A stretch of DNA of 63,815 nucleotides, the filler included, from Reticulomyxa filosa (Eukaryota; Protista; Foraminifera): the NCBI GenBank assembly GCA_000512085.1. It is 27 parts of 27 records of this genome, joined end to end, with 100 filler letters (N's around TTAATTAATTAA, not from the genome) between each part and the next. Parts side by side here need not be neighbours in the genome. Positions count along the whole stretch, not along the records: positions 23,719 to 26,921 come from ASPP01000218.1; positions 27,022 to 28,409 come from ASPP01024631.1; positions 28,510 to 31,095 come from ASPP01037403.1; positions 31,196 to 34,973 come from ASPP01025352.1; positions 35,074 to 37,700 come from ASPP01003475.1; positions 37,801 to 39,026 come from ASPP01043110.1; positions 39,127 to 42,939 come from ASPP01000690.1; 20 more parts are not named here. One strand, written 5' to 3'. The notes under the pieces were generated by a model. That model did not search any database. It saw only the letters and a list, made by a program, of their open reading frames with translations, and was not told where the DNA came from. Below, in pieces: positions 25,520-39,780 of the stretch. Made by a program: the position numbers and the translations under genes. Every line of letters starts with the position of its first letter. Positions within the stretch are counted from its first letter, which is position 1.

Positions 25520-26921
25520 ATGCGTATAATCAAAAGTATGTCAATGACCACAAGGCAGTCCAAGAAGAATACATATATGAATATTTTCTCAACTTCAAGA
25601 ATATCAGCGACATCATTCAAACCAAAATACAGGTAATCAACAGAGAAATGTCTAATGAAAAAAAAAGGGAGGTTTACGTATAGCAAGAGAAAGTAAGGAA
25701 TGATGTATCGTATGTATGATGTATTTGATTTAAAATTGATTTTTTAAAAAAACAAAAACATAGCGTATATGCAAGTATTGAAGCAGAGGTGGGTATAATA
25801 GTAATGACAAGCACACCACAGCCGAATGGAGTATGCAAGTGGTTTGGACAACCAGAAGTGCACATAACATTTGATGCATGGTTGATCGATTGCTCCCGTA
25901 CCACGATAGCGCGAATGCCAAATTTGGCTATCAATAATATATATATATATATATATATATCTTCAGCAATTTTATCTTTCCAACCTATCGCATTCCAATC
26001 AAAATAAATTGCAAGTCCAAATTTATCAAAGACCAACATTACCGTCCAAGCTATTGTCGTCGACATGTGAAACTTCGTCTTGCATCAACAAATTGCTATT
26101 TGCAAGTCACAAACCAATTATGACCAAATGCTGTTCGATACTTCAATGTTAGGTTCTTTTTTTTTACTACTTTTTTTTTTATAAAAGACAAAAAAAAAAT
26201 TTGTTATGTCGTACGATGTGGCGCAAAAAATAAAAAGGAACATGGACGACAAAGACAACAATGTCGACTTTGATAAATGACCCGACTGCATACAATTGTT
26301 GGTATGGAACGTCGGTGTCATTACATGGATCAGCACCTGCCTTATATGGCAGAAGTACTGTTGGTACAAAGGAGGACGCATGCAATACACAATTGACTGG
26401 CAATCGAGTTGCAAGTCAGTGGTGATGCAAATCCTTTTTTGTGCAGCAGGACCACTTTCCACAAGGCATGGTCTATCCAATAGCACTTATGCTATCACTT
26501 CATACCCCGATTCACACAAACGGCTCACATATCGATCATATCAATGACAATATCGCAATTCATTTGTGGAGAACTTCGCTGATAGCCACCAAGTAAACCC
26601 ACATCAATCTCCACATCAAAATGTGACCAATGTGGTCTTGCAAAGTTATTTTTATTTATTGTTATCACAATAATAATATAAAGATATTGTTTTGTTGTTG
26701 CTTGTATAGAATGAACAAAATGGCGATTGCACAAATGATTGAGTAAGTGGACTGCTCGCAACAATGAAGCATATTTCTTCAACATGAGATTTTGTGCAAT
26801 ACGGGATGAAAGACTCACTTGCAAAACATCAATAGAAGGTAATATCTGGCTTTTTTATTTATGTTCATCTTGTAGATATATTTTGTCATTTACATAGGAC
26901 CACCGGCTGTGAAAAAAAAAA
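25520..26921 (+). repeat. Degenerate multi-copy gene family, copy B
   Basis: Colinear with 13288-14700, including the positions of intron-like segments. Confidence 0.85.
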
Positions 26922-27086
26922 NNNNNNNNNNNNNNNNNNNNNNNNNNNNNNNNNNNNNNNNNNNNTTAATTAATTAANNNNNNNNNNNNNNNNNNNNNNN
27001 NNNNNNNNNNNNNNNNNNNNNATGTATATATAAAACAAATACACACTCTATATTTTTTCCCACTGTTGATTGTGATTTGTGCAAAG

Positions 27087-27880
27087 GATGATCCCACTGG
27101 CTCCAATAGTGATGTGATGTCCCCGCGTTTGAGTCCGAGCAAGCCTCATCCTGCCAATGTGACAGGTATGCCTCAGCCGCCACCGTTGTTGGAAGGCATT
27201 GGCACGATGGGTCGGAGTCAATCGCGTTCTCGTGACAAGCGAGCTACGTCGCTGTTTATGCCGCACGTCACAGGTGGCATTATCGACTATCACAAGACGC
27301 CTGGAGTGAGTTCCACATTGGCTGTGTCCGCGCCCGTCACTCTGAACTCCTTCGCAAAGAGGACCAGCAGCAGCAGTCCCAATCATTATTCGTCGAATCA
27401 CGACATCCAGAGACGCTTGTCTTCGCTGGCCATTTCAAACACGGCTTTTTCCAATGTCGACTCCGTTCATGACTCGGATAGATCCCCTGCCTTTTCCATT
27501 GAAATCGGAGCCACTCCAACGTTTAACCATATCGCCTCGGACGTCGCCACTACTACCACGACCACGTCTTCGATCGCAACTACGGCTGCTACCGGCATCA
27601 ACGCTCCTCTCACTCCAATGTGCTGCCAAGTGTCGCCACAGTCTCCGCCATGGCAATTCCAAAGGCCAAAGAAAGTAACAACAACAGCAAACCTCGAAGC
27701 GTCGTTACTGCAACGACAACTGACACTCGTCCTGCTAATGCAAACAGACCGACCACGGGAAAGCAGTTGATCAGATCACAGACTGCTGGAACAGCAAAAC
27801 AGTATCTTCAACAACAACAACAACAACAACATAACAAGTCCAAACGAATTCGTCCCTCTTCCTTCGAAAGTCAAGAGTAG
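27087..27880 (+). CDS. Ser/Thr/Gln-rich low-complexity protein, last exon (frameshift near 27630)
   Basis: GC-elevated coding-like block with a poly-Q tail. Confidence 0.5.
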
Positions 27881-29740
27881 GCCCACAGACTGAATTTATA
27901 TGCGTATACTTTCGAACACTGATATTGGTTATTTGCATATATATATACATATATATTGATATATATATTATATATATAGAGATATGTTGTTTATATTTGT
28001 ATATGTGTGTGTCAAGCGAGAGGGGATTAATTTAAGACCATTTCGATTCGCTTTTTTTCTGTTTGTTTGTTTGTCCAACCTTGTGTGGCATTGCAAATGT
28101 TTTTAATATAGTTTCTTGGTGTCAATAATTTTTTTTTATCTCCTTCATCCAACCTTTCATGGGATGTGCAAAGTGTCGTTTCTTTGCGCGCAAGGAATTT
28201 TTTTTATCTAATTGATGTATGCTTTGCTATTTTGTGCTGTTTTTCTTTGCTTTTTTTTTTTCCATCGTTTTTTTTTTACGTGTGCGTCTCACACAACTGA
28301 AAAGCTAACTTTCACTTCTGGAAAGGGGAAAAAATAAAAATTTTTTGTTTCTTTTGTTTTGTTGCTGTTTGTTTTGTTTTTTTAAGTTTGATTCTGAACA
28401 TGGGTATGTNNNNNNNNNNNNNNNNNNNNNNNNNNNNNNNNNNNNNNNNNNNNTTAATTAATTAANNNNNNNNNNNNNNNNNNNNNNNNNNNNNNNNNNN
28501 NNNNNNNNNTTTGGATGACAGTATGAAAGAAAAACACAAAGTGTAATACTTGTATTGTAAAAAAAAAGAATGTAAAAAAATATACAAAACTATTTCGAAA
28601 ACACAGACCCCCTAACAATCTTTTTACATATCAGCATGAATTGCACTTGTTTGCAAAAAGTAATATCAGGAAATATGACATATTCGTTGGTGCCATCGTC
28701 CGTCCAAAACAGCAACGAACGCACATATAGTTCGTTTTCCACGACTGCGACCAAAACGCAGCCGATAACGATAAAATCACAAGCCAGTGAAAAGGATAAG
28801 TCTGACCATGATGACAGAAAATGTGAACCGAATATACTCCCCAACGATACCAATATTGGTAAAGGTATTGTTCGACTGTCCAACCTCACTACAGGAAGTG
28901 AATAAATCTTTTCGCTTTTTTTTTTTACAGCAACGAAAAAGGGACTCCAGTACCAAGCCAACTCTATCCACAAGTTATATACATGTATATGTATATACAA
29001 ACGACCCTCCAAAGTCTTTATGTGATTGAGAAGATGTCACATCAAAAGTTGTTGCTAACGTTATTGGCACGCTCAAATAATAATAAAAAACCCACAGGAA
29101 CTACGATATCTCCGGTCAACTGCTACAATAGTAACAGCAATGTGAACGCAAGCAACGCACACGCGAATAATAGGAACAGTACACACAGCGTGGGCGTCAT
29201 CGACGACAAGGCAAGCGCGACGATATACGCCACGATATCGACGTCGAAGAAAGATTCCATTGTGGCCCGATGGTTACTACTTTCTACCGCTATGAGCGTG
29301 AACAAGACAAGGTCAAAGAGTCAAGTGCAGCCAACTCCAATACTGCTGCTAGTAGTGGTGGTGGAGGAAATGCAAAGTCTGTCGCTCACAGCATGCTAAT
29401 GAGCCTTTGTCCTTTGATTGTGTCACAGGAAAGCAGCCTAATCAGTTAGTCAAGCAAGCAATTTCATTTTTTTTTATCGTATATGTGTGTATGTATTTTA
29501 TTATTTAAGTAATTATAACTAAAAAAAAAATAGAAAATAAAAGTTTTTGCATTTGATTGATACTCCCGTTCCCACTCATCCATTTGGTTAGGTTTTTCTT
29601 TTTCTGCAAGTGGCAATATTAATTAAATGGTAGCACTCAGTAACAACTGTAATAACATAATCTATGAAAGTGTAATGAGCAATGGAGGATAGCCAACAAG
29701 CAATAGCAATAATAACAACAATAATGGTGTATAAAAGAAT

Positions 29741-29975
29741 TTGTCGCATACCAGATTCACCGGGCCTATGTTCAATCAAGAAACGTTCGACTCAATATTT
29801 CCAGTGACATTTGTGAAGAACTTGTCCAACATAGCAAATGGCGTGAAATCGCGGTACATGACCGAAGTCCAAGTCCAAATGATTCAAGATTTGGTCGATA
29901 ACAATTACAATCAATTGTCAGATCGCTGTCACATCATCGATGGCGCTGTGGGAAGTGATAAGATCACAATGGTGC
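29741..29975 (+). pseudogene. DEAD-box helicase-like N-terminal exon with degenerate Walker A
   Basis: TFDSIF...MTEVQVQMIQ (Q-motif-like)...HIIDGAVGSDKIT (compare A.TGSGKT). Confidence 0.4.
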
Positions 29976-31239
29976 TTATCTTTGTTTTTATTATTGTACA
30001 GCAGACATCAAGAATTGACATAATCGTCAACGTTTTGTACATATAGCACATATATGCACGAATAATAATAATTATATAAATATAAATATGTATATATTGT
30101 TTTATTTACATAAAACTAAAAGCGGTTAGAATGTGCTCATTGCGTTTGCAAATTTCTCGTGCATTCAGCAAGCTGAAAATATGAGTTTCTTGACCCTTAG
30201 CGCTTACAAGAGACATTGGGCTCAATAGTAGCATCGTCGTCTTCGGCTGTGTTGGTTGCTGTCGCGATTGCGTCTGTAGTCACTACCGTTTTCATAGGGG
30301 TCTTTTTATTGGTAGAGCCCATCTGCGTGACTTTGCTTGTTGCAAAATTTGCATTGTTTGGTGAGTGCATTGTACCAGCAGCACCAACAGCAGTAGCAGT
30401 AAAAGTATTAGGCTGGTTCGTGCCGATGAGCCGATAGTTCAAAGAATTGACAAAAGGCTCGTTCTTCTTCGTCATCATCTTGCTGATTGAACTGGAAAAG
30501 TCCAGGAAGTCTAGTCGCGGATAATACTGCAGCGATACGTGTCTATATCTATGTCCATAAATGGGGGGAGTGTGGGGGATGGGGATAATGACTCTTTGGC
30601 TGCATACTGTTTCATTGAAATCTCATGTTGTTGTTGCTGTTGTTGATATTGACTAACCTTTGATACTGTTGTGGTTCTCTTGCCATGGTTACGTTTCCAT
30701 CATTTCGAAACCTGATGGCTGTTGCTGCTATTGCCATTTTGTCATCCAAGTGTTAATATTGTCATTGCCACTTCGCTGTTGGAAATGCAATGGACGCATC
30801 GAATTCATTAGCATGTTGTATTATTTATCAGGATCGAACTTTTTTTATTATTTTTATTTATACATTAAAAAAAAATTGCGTAAATATATTATGTATGCAT
30901 AATTAATAAAGAGTGGTTTTGCACACACACACAATAGTACACTTTCAATTGATATTGATGGAGGTCATATCTTTTTGTAAATATGTATTAATTAATCTTT
31001 TATTTTTTTGTTTATAGTTTTTTTGAAATAAATAAGATTATGAAAGATATTCAATGAAGACAAAGCTTTTGTTTTTTTACCAAATTTTTGATATGNNNNN
31101 NNNNNNNNNNNNNNNNNNNNNNNNNNNNNNNNNNNNNNNTTAATTAATTAANNNNNNNNNNNNNNNNNNNNNNNNNNNNNNNNNNNNNNNNNNNNTTTTT
31201 TTTTTTTTTTTTGTAATACTTCAAAAAATCAAACCGTAG

Positions 31240-31518
31240 GACACCAGTGGCCCGTCATTGAGCACTTTAATCAAACTGACTGCAATGCTGTCTTTAGTAT
31301 TTGGTGGAAGCTTTAAACACGAGATTTTTCATCAAGATCGCTGGTGGATTGCCATTATCATTGCTGTTTTCTTTTCTTTGTTTTCAATTGTCCTTTTCTT
31401 TTGGATGGATAAAAAAGGAATTGGAAGAATGGATTCGATTTCCGATGGGCCTCGCTACGCGACTTCACCAGTCGAATTAAATCAACTCATTGAGTCATCT
31501 TCTAGTTCTAATGAATAG
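31240..31518 (+). CDS. Membrane H+-translocating pyrophosphatase, last exon
   Basis: DTSGPSLSTLIKLTAMLSLVF matches the V-PPase C-terminal DTSGPSLNILIKLM motif. Confidence 0.9.
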   Translation, partial: DTSGPSLSTLIKLTAMLSLVFGGSFKHEIFHQDRWWIAIIIAVFFSLFSIVLFFWMDKKGIGRMDSISDGPRYATSPVELNQLIESSSSSNE

Positions 31519-32514
31519 ACATAATAGTTAACTTTTATATGATGCATATGACTCTTTTTTTTATTACAAAGCGTGTTGATTTATGTGACCTCTTTTTCTT
31601 AGTTATTACGAAAGATATACCAATTTACTCTTACTATTTTTAACATAATCAACTTCATTGTTGCTTTCGGTATAACCAGACCCGAGAAAAAAATTTAAGA
31701 GTTACAATTCTTTTGGGTCTTAATAAGACTTGTACGAACATGAAATGATCATTTTGTAAATTTTTTTTCAACGAATGTTATCTGTTAACCGGTTTTTTGT
31801 TTTATCCTTTAAAAAGACATGAAGCAACAGATTTTATTCCTTGTATCTATACAAACAAAAAAATTTGAGTCGGAAGATAAGTTCATTTTGGACTATGAAG
31901 CACCTTTTTCAATTAAGACAATACTTTTGTTTGTATCTATGTTTCGTTTTCTTGCATTTCCTTTGTTGATTCCTGAATATCTTTCTGCAATTGACTTAAT
32001 TTTTGAAAATCACTAAAGATAGAATCAGCAAAAAAAACCATTCGTATTACACTTAGTGCAACTTCTGATTTAAATTATTTTATCATAAATTCTTTTGGTT
32101 AATTTTACTATTTACTACTATTTTTTCAAGCTTTTTATTTAGTTTTGTCATTTTTTTTTGGTGAATATACATATATTTGCTGTTAAAGACTTTTGTCTTC
32201 TATCAAGTATAATCTATTTTGTTGCAAACACTAAAAATGCGGTAAATGCATAAACATTAAGGAGTTGATACATGAAAATGATGTTTGATTGCTGTCAAAC
32301 GTCTTGTTGCTTTTCACCACAATCAGACTTGAGAAAAAAAACCAAGTGATAATTAATTCCAGAACAAACCAAAACAAACTGTAATTGGAGAGAACAAGAA
32401 TCACTATTCTTGCGTAATCACAAAAACCTCCAAACCCTTTATTTCTTGCAGTAATTATTGTATGAATCGAAAAAAATTTACCTAAAAACAATATACTTTT
32501 ATTCAAAACGCCAA

Positions 32515-34924
32515 TTATCGAGAGATCGGTAGTTGTCGCTGATGGAGGGCTTGTGCTGCAACATGCAGTGTTTCTAGACATGTATCAGAAGCGTAACAAA
32601 CAAAATATTGTTTATTGTCAAAATTTGAAGAAAAAAAATAGTGAAGGATAGCAACAAGACAATTAACTGAGAGAAAAGCCAGCTTCTGTATAATCAGTCT
32701 CTCCATCCAAAAAGTTTTCAACAAAAGCAATTTCCGCATACACAGACGGTAATTGACTTTTTACCAAGGTATATGCAAACAATGGTATCATATCATCGGC
32801 GCCTCTAAACGACATCCATTGTTCAAAAGATATGTCTTAAGATGTAACAATTAATGTGAAAAAAAAAGCACAAATGTTGTTTTTTTTCATACATAAGGAC
32901 TTCCTTTCGCTTTGGATCTTTCGTAGCAGCTTTTTGCTCTACCTTTTCTGTCACAACATGAGTATCGCGACAATAGTTAGCAGCATCATCAGGTATGATA
33001 GAAAAATCTCCTTCGTCATCAGGGCGAAACGACATACTATATTTATACATATACATAAAAATCGACAATGCTTGTTTTCACTCGAAATGAGCAGTTACGA
33101 TCAATAGAAAATGAGATATACAACGAAACTAATTGGAATTGGGCATAAGAAGTGCTTGTTTGTCCGAAATTGCACTGTGCTCTACAATTGGCTCAATGAG
33201 GGAGTAATCTGTCAAACTGGCGTCTTTAACATGAGATGCTGTTGTCGATTCCAACATATTGTCATTTTCTTTTTTGTCTTCCTCTTCTGTTTTCCGATCT
33301 GTATCCGTTCCCGTTTCGAAATTTTCGGTTTGCACTTTGTTTTGTGTACGATACTGATCAATGCAACGAATAATTAATTCCTTCATTTTCACCAAGCCCA
33401 TTGCTTTGTCCAAAGGATTTTGATACATTTTTATTTTCCATAGTCTTTTTTTTTTTTTGATCAGTTCAAACCAATCAAATTTTAATACAACAATACTTAA
33501 CAAACAAAACAAAACAAAAAAAAAGAACAGTTTGAAAACAAAACTCATCAAAGCACGGTTGGAGCACCGGCAAGACGGTAGGCAGTTTTTCAATGGGACT
33601 GGACTGTTTCAAACGTTGTTGTTCTGGAGCAAGCATTCTTTCAATGCCAGTCGAGTTTTCTGGCATTGAGGCCGGTGAAAAACCACGATGCTGTGAGCCA
33701 TCCGACTCAGCGCTTTTGATGCCAATGGGTGGAAGAGAAGACGTAGTTTTCGAATCAGAGCTGGAACAGGAGGTTGTACACCCTTGGGAGATCAAATCGT
33801 CATCACTCCGAGTTATCGTCAAAGTTATTCCACTGATCTGAGTCTCTAATAATAATAAAAATTTTTTTTAACATATTTCATAAATAAATAGAAGAATGAA
33901 GCAAAAGCAACAACAACAACAAAAGACAAGTACGTACCGGTAGTGTACTCTTCCGAGATATTGCTTGCAACATCATCATTTCCGGTGTCACAAAAACCTC
34001 TTTGCTTTAAGGATGTTTGCGCAAAAGGTACCTGCACGTAATGCTTCGTGTCAACATTGTGGTCGCACCGATCGTTATCGTTGGACGAGTGGACCTCAAT
34101 GACATTGGTCAATTCCCGCCAATTGACCGGGCCTTGCGTGAAAGCGATCGGATTGCTGGGTCTGCGATCAACATCAGCACTGGCGGTATTCGAAGGCATT
34201 GCCGTTGACTCCAATTGGTCTTCCATATTTTTGTTCTCAATTATTTTGGATAATTTCCCGTTCCCCGACGAAGCTTTTCATATAATATATGTATTATATT
34301 GTGCACTTTTTTTTTTTGGATATACGTTGTTACGTAGAGCATACGTATAATGTGAAAAAAAGTTGTGTGCTTTGTTTGTTTTTTTTTTTGCAAGTAAACT
34401 AGATCTGGTTTGCAAGTGGCATAGTCTTGGCCATGAGCGTGGACGTACTGCTGCAGGGATGGCAAGAACGGATCTTCGCTGAGGTCGATTTGCAACCAAG
34501 TGTCAATGCCGTAGTCTTTGAGTTTGAATTTAGCATATGTCTTGATGAGTCGCTCCAAGGAAATGTCCTCGCCGTAGTGGATTTGCTGGTAAAAGGGAAA
34601 TATCGCGTTGTAAATGTCACAGCAAAACACGCTCTTGTATACGTTTTTGCGAATGCATTTGTAAATCAGCATTTTCATGTGTTCCTTTTCTTTTTTTTTT
34701 TCTTTTTCTTGTTCTTTGTCCTTGTCCAAGCCATTACCGTATATTTTTGCCGAGTTGGCCGACTTTTGGAAATTGAAGGGAACAAGATTTTGTGTTATGT
34801 ATTTTTCAGAATACAAAAGGAACGCTTTCAAATCACTCACACACAAACGGACTACATCCCTCATTGACTCTCTTCCAGCGAAGCCAAGATGCCCTTTGGT
34901 CCTTTTTGAGCGTGTTACATACAA
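32515..34924 (-). CDS. VPS9-domain Rab5-family GEF (multi-exon, 3' part)
   Basis: KMYQNPLDKAMGL and GADDMIPLFAYTLVKSQLPSVYAEIAFVENFLDGETDYTEAGFSL (~32680-32805). Confidence 0.85.
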
Positions 34925-35073
34925 CTTTGTTATTGTTATTGTGATTGTTCGTTTTTTGTTTTTTTTTTTTTTTNNNNNNNNNNNNNNNNNNNNNNNNNNN
35001 NNNNNNNNNNNNNNNNNTTAATTAATTAANNNNNNNNNNNNNNNNNNNNNNNNNNNNNNNNNNNNNNNNNNNN

Positions 35074-35957
<884 letters not shown>

Positions 35958-36769
35958 TGCAACACAAACTTCAAAGCAGTATTTGATTTTATATTAAAAA
36001 ACCCACTTTTTTCAGTTCACACCCCCCTTAAAGAGGATACTGTAGACTTTTTCAACAACTATCTGTCACGTGTAACAAAGAAAAAAAGACTAGTTCAACC
36101 AAAGAAATTATATCAATGCCGAGTCAAGAAAACAAGTTGCAACTTGTCTACTTGCCAATTTACCTAACATATTTTAATTTCTCAATCAAATCTCTTTTAA
36201 CCGATACGTATCAAAAAAAACTTCAGTTTTTTCGAAAACATCAAGAGTTTTTGTCGTCGGTGCTGTAATTTGGACAATATTTTTTTGAACATTTTTTCTG
36301 TCTTAAAATGCAATCTGGTAAAAGAAATGGTTTTTTGTGGTTATTGTTTTTTGAAAAATTCTTGTGTGTTAATGGAATAGACGTTCAAGCAAGCCAAGGC
36401 ACGTCAAAATTCTTCATAGAAATGTAACAATCAAAATCCTTATGACTATTCTAGGAAACATAATTGATGGCGACAAGGAAAGCAAAACGAAATTGTTTGA
36501 GGTTGATTTCACTTTTTGTATTTACTTTTTACACGATGAAAATAAAACAACTTTTGGCAAAAAAAAAAAATGACAACTGACAACAATTGCTCTTTGGCAA
36601 TGTTGACAACATCAAATCAAATGGGAAATGTCATCAAAAATAAGAAATTATTACCCGTATATTTTCAAGATAACAGTTTATAAAATTAATATATATCCAT
36701 ATGTTTTATGAACAATAAAAGAAAGCTTGATTGTATTTTTGACAGGCAAAATGAAGTGCAATGGAGGAA

Positions 36770-37700
36770 TGCAAGAAAATAATAGTCATAACGGCAAAAC
36801 GAAAGAGAGAAAAAATATGAAAAGGAAATAAAAATATTGATTCGATTATTTGGTGATTCAATTAATAAAGAAGAGTTGCAGCAGAAGATAGAACAACGAA
36901 ATGGAAATATTGAGTTAGTGATTAAAGAGCTTGTTCAACAATCTGTTGAAAAGGAGGTATTGAAATAATAAAAGCAGCATGTTTTTCTATTCTATCAATG
37001 CTGAATATCTCATTTACTCTTTTAACAAAAAAGGATAAATTAGAGGCAGAAAGAAAAATCAAAGAATTGGAGATCACAGAGCAGGTATCAAAAATTTATT
37101 GTTTTTTTCATAGTGTTTTACTTTATCTTTTTTCTTGTTTGAAACAACATAACAGAAACAAGCACCAGAAAAAGAATTGAATGAAACCAATGATAACAAG
37201 AATATACAAAAGGAAATGGAAAAAACAGAAATTGGTGAAACAAAACCAGGAATTAATTTGCAAGGTTATTGCATAAATGAAACATGTTTAGCAGCAAATG
37301 CCAAATTACCAGTATGGGTCAATGTTGGATTTGACAACATTACATTTGTTTCAGACAAAACATCTTTTAGTTGTTCTGATTGCAAAGATTCAACAATTAC
37401 ATCTATTGTTAAAGCAATGTTTTACAATTCTGAACATTCGATTTGTGCAAGTGGTGATTCAATACCTGTGAAGGACAATAATTATCAATGTTTATATACA
37501 ATCAAATTTGGGTTGTCTTATGAACTAAAGGCAAATAAAATAAGACAGCACGCAAAGAGTATTGAAGATTTAAGAGATAGAAGTGAACGTGCAATGAATA
37601 GCACTGAAATTAGGAATTTGATAACAGAATTGCAGAAATATGAGATTATAGTTTTAAAACCACCCAGTTTAAAAGGGAATGAAAGATTATTGGAAAAGAT
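36770..37700 (+). CDS. Hypothetical protein with putative Zn-binding domain
   Basis: PGINLQGYCINETC...VWVNVGF...CSDC (C-x4-C...C-x2-C); upstream short coiled-coil exons, partly degenerate. Confidence 0.6.
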
Positions 37701-37800
37701 NNNNNNNNNNNNNNNNNNNNNNNNNNNNNNNNNNNNNNNNNNNNTTAATTAATTAANNNNNNNNNNNNNNNNNNNNNNNNNNNNNNNNNNNNNNNNNNNN

Positions 37801-39026
37801 ATGTTGGACTTTGCAAAAATTCAGAATCACAATTCGTTTGGGTTGGTATACGATATGCCGTAAACGTGGAATTGGTGCAACTGTATATAGTATTGGTGCA
37901 AAATTCAGTGTTCGTACCAATGTGTTCATTTGCCAGTGGTATACATATCATCTCGATTACATCCTCGGCTACTTTTCACTCGCTAATGCACAAATCGGTT
38001 TGCAATAACATTTTGCAAATATTATCCAATATTGCAATGTTAGTTTCTTTTTTTTTTACAACATTTTTTTTTCTTAAATACAAACAAACAAATAAATAAA
38101 TAGATCTTACGACATAGCGCAGTTTACATTGGACATGGACGGACGAGGACGATTTAACAAATGGACAGGCCAATTGCGATTGCAGGCGACAAAAAGTCAG
38201 TCGTCACGACATTGCTTAGCACCTGCCTTAGTGGTGATAGAAGCGCTGTTTGCGCAAATGAGGATGTGTGAAAACACAACTGACGAGCAATCGAATTGTG
38301 AGTCAGTGGTGATAGCAATCCTTTTTTGTGCATCAGCGCTACTTCTCCAAGGCATGGTCTACAAAGGCACTTATGCCACCAATACCATTGACACCGACCA
38401 TCTCGCATTGCAACAATCAACACATGATCCAGCTCCTACTACAACATTCACACAATGCAAATCATTTTGGAATTCGGCAATGATTTGTTTTGCTTATAAC
38501 CTTCAAACTTGTCAATTGCAGCATCCAATCAAAATGTGACCTATGTGGTCTTGCCAAGTAATTTTGTATTTTATTTTATTTATTTGTTGTGATAATAATA
38601 TAAATTATTTGTTTGTATGTTAATTGCATAGGTTGAATGCATAAGGAGCTCGGTGATTGTACAAGTAATTGATGAAATGAAAAACAGCACACAATAAATG
38701 GATATACATCTACTTGCGGTTGTGGTGATGTAAGCGAGATGGAGAAGGTAATATCTGTTGTGTTTTGTTTATGTGACTTATACCTATATTATATGTGTTG
38801 TGTACAATAGGCCACACAACATGAAACAAAGAAAAAAGAATACGGGGTAGAACCACTCCGTCTCCGAAAGGAGAAATAAAGGTTTGTTATATATATACAT
38901 ATTTTTAAATATGTTTAAATGGTTGTGTGTTGTTGTGGCATAGGTTCCTCCGTCCACCAAAGCGTTACCATATATGTCCCCATCCCATCACACAAAGAAA
39001 AAAAAAGAATAAGGGGTTGAAATTAC
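37801..39026 (+). repeat. Degenerate multi-copy gene family, copy C
   Basis: Colinear with 13870-14810; 38845-39020 is closely similar to 14625-14805. Confidence 0.85.
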
Positions 39027-39126
39027 NNNNNNNNNNNNNNNNNNNNNNNNNNNNNNNNNNNNNNNNNNNNTTAATTAATTAANNNNNNNNNNNNNNNNNN
39101 NNNNNNNNNNNNNNNNNNNNNNNNNN

Positions 39127-39780
39127 GGGGGTTTACAGTGGTGAAGTGTAGCGAATGTTGTGAGCTATTCCTGTCAGATTCTCAATTGTTGGCTCATGCT
39201 AACATGAACCACCCGTCGAAACCTACGTCCCTCAAGCTAAATAAAAAGAGAGCAATTCATATATGCATGCAATGCAAACCATCAAAACAATTTTTGTCTT
39301 CAAAGCAATTGGTCCAACATCATTCACGTGTTCACGTCAAAAGACACGCTTGCAATGCGTGCAATAAAATGTTTGGATGTCGTCAACAAGCCCAGTCCCA
39401 TAGATGTACACAGCTTCCATCGGTGAAACGTTGGCCGTGCCAGTGGTGCCATCAGTGGTTCCATCGGCATGTGGATTTGACAAAACATATCAATCTCGCA
39501 CACTTGCGTGAGAAATCATTTGTATGCTTCGTCTGTGCTAAGCAATTCGGAAGGTGCCTTTTATCTGTTTTTATTTTTCTAAAGTTGTATCATAGTATAT
39601 TACACGTTTGTATTTTTTTCCCTATCCAATAGAAAAGAGACGCTACAAAGACACATATCAACCCATCAAACTCGCAAACATCGTGTGTTATACGAGTGTG
39701 TTGAGTGCAAAAAAACATTTACTCAAAAATGTCATATGTTGCGACATTGCAAAAAATTTCATCCTTCATTTGCTTCTTGA
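39127..39780 (+). CDS. C2H2 zinc-finger protein, 3' part (two exons)
   Basis: Several C-x2-C...H-x3/4-H units; intron 39554-39631; stop at 39778-39780. Confidence 0.92.
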
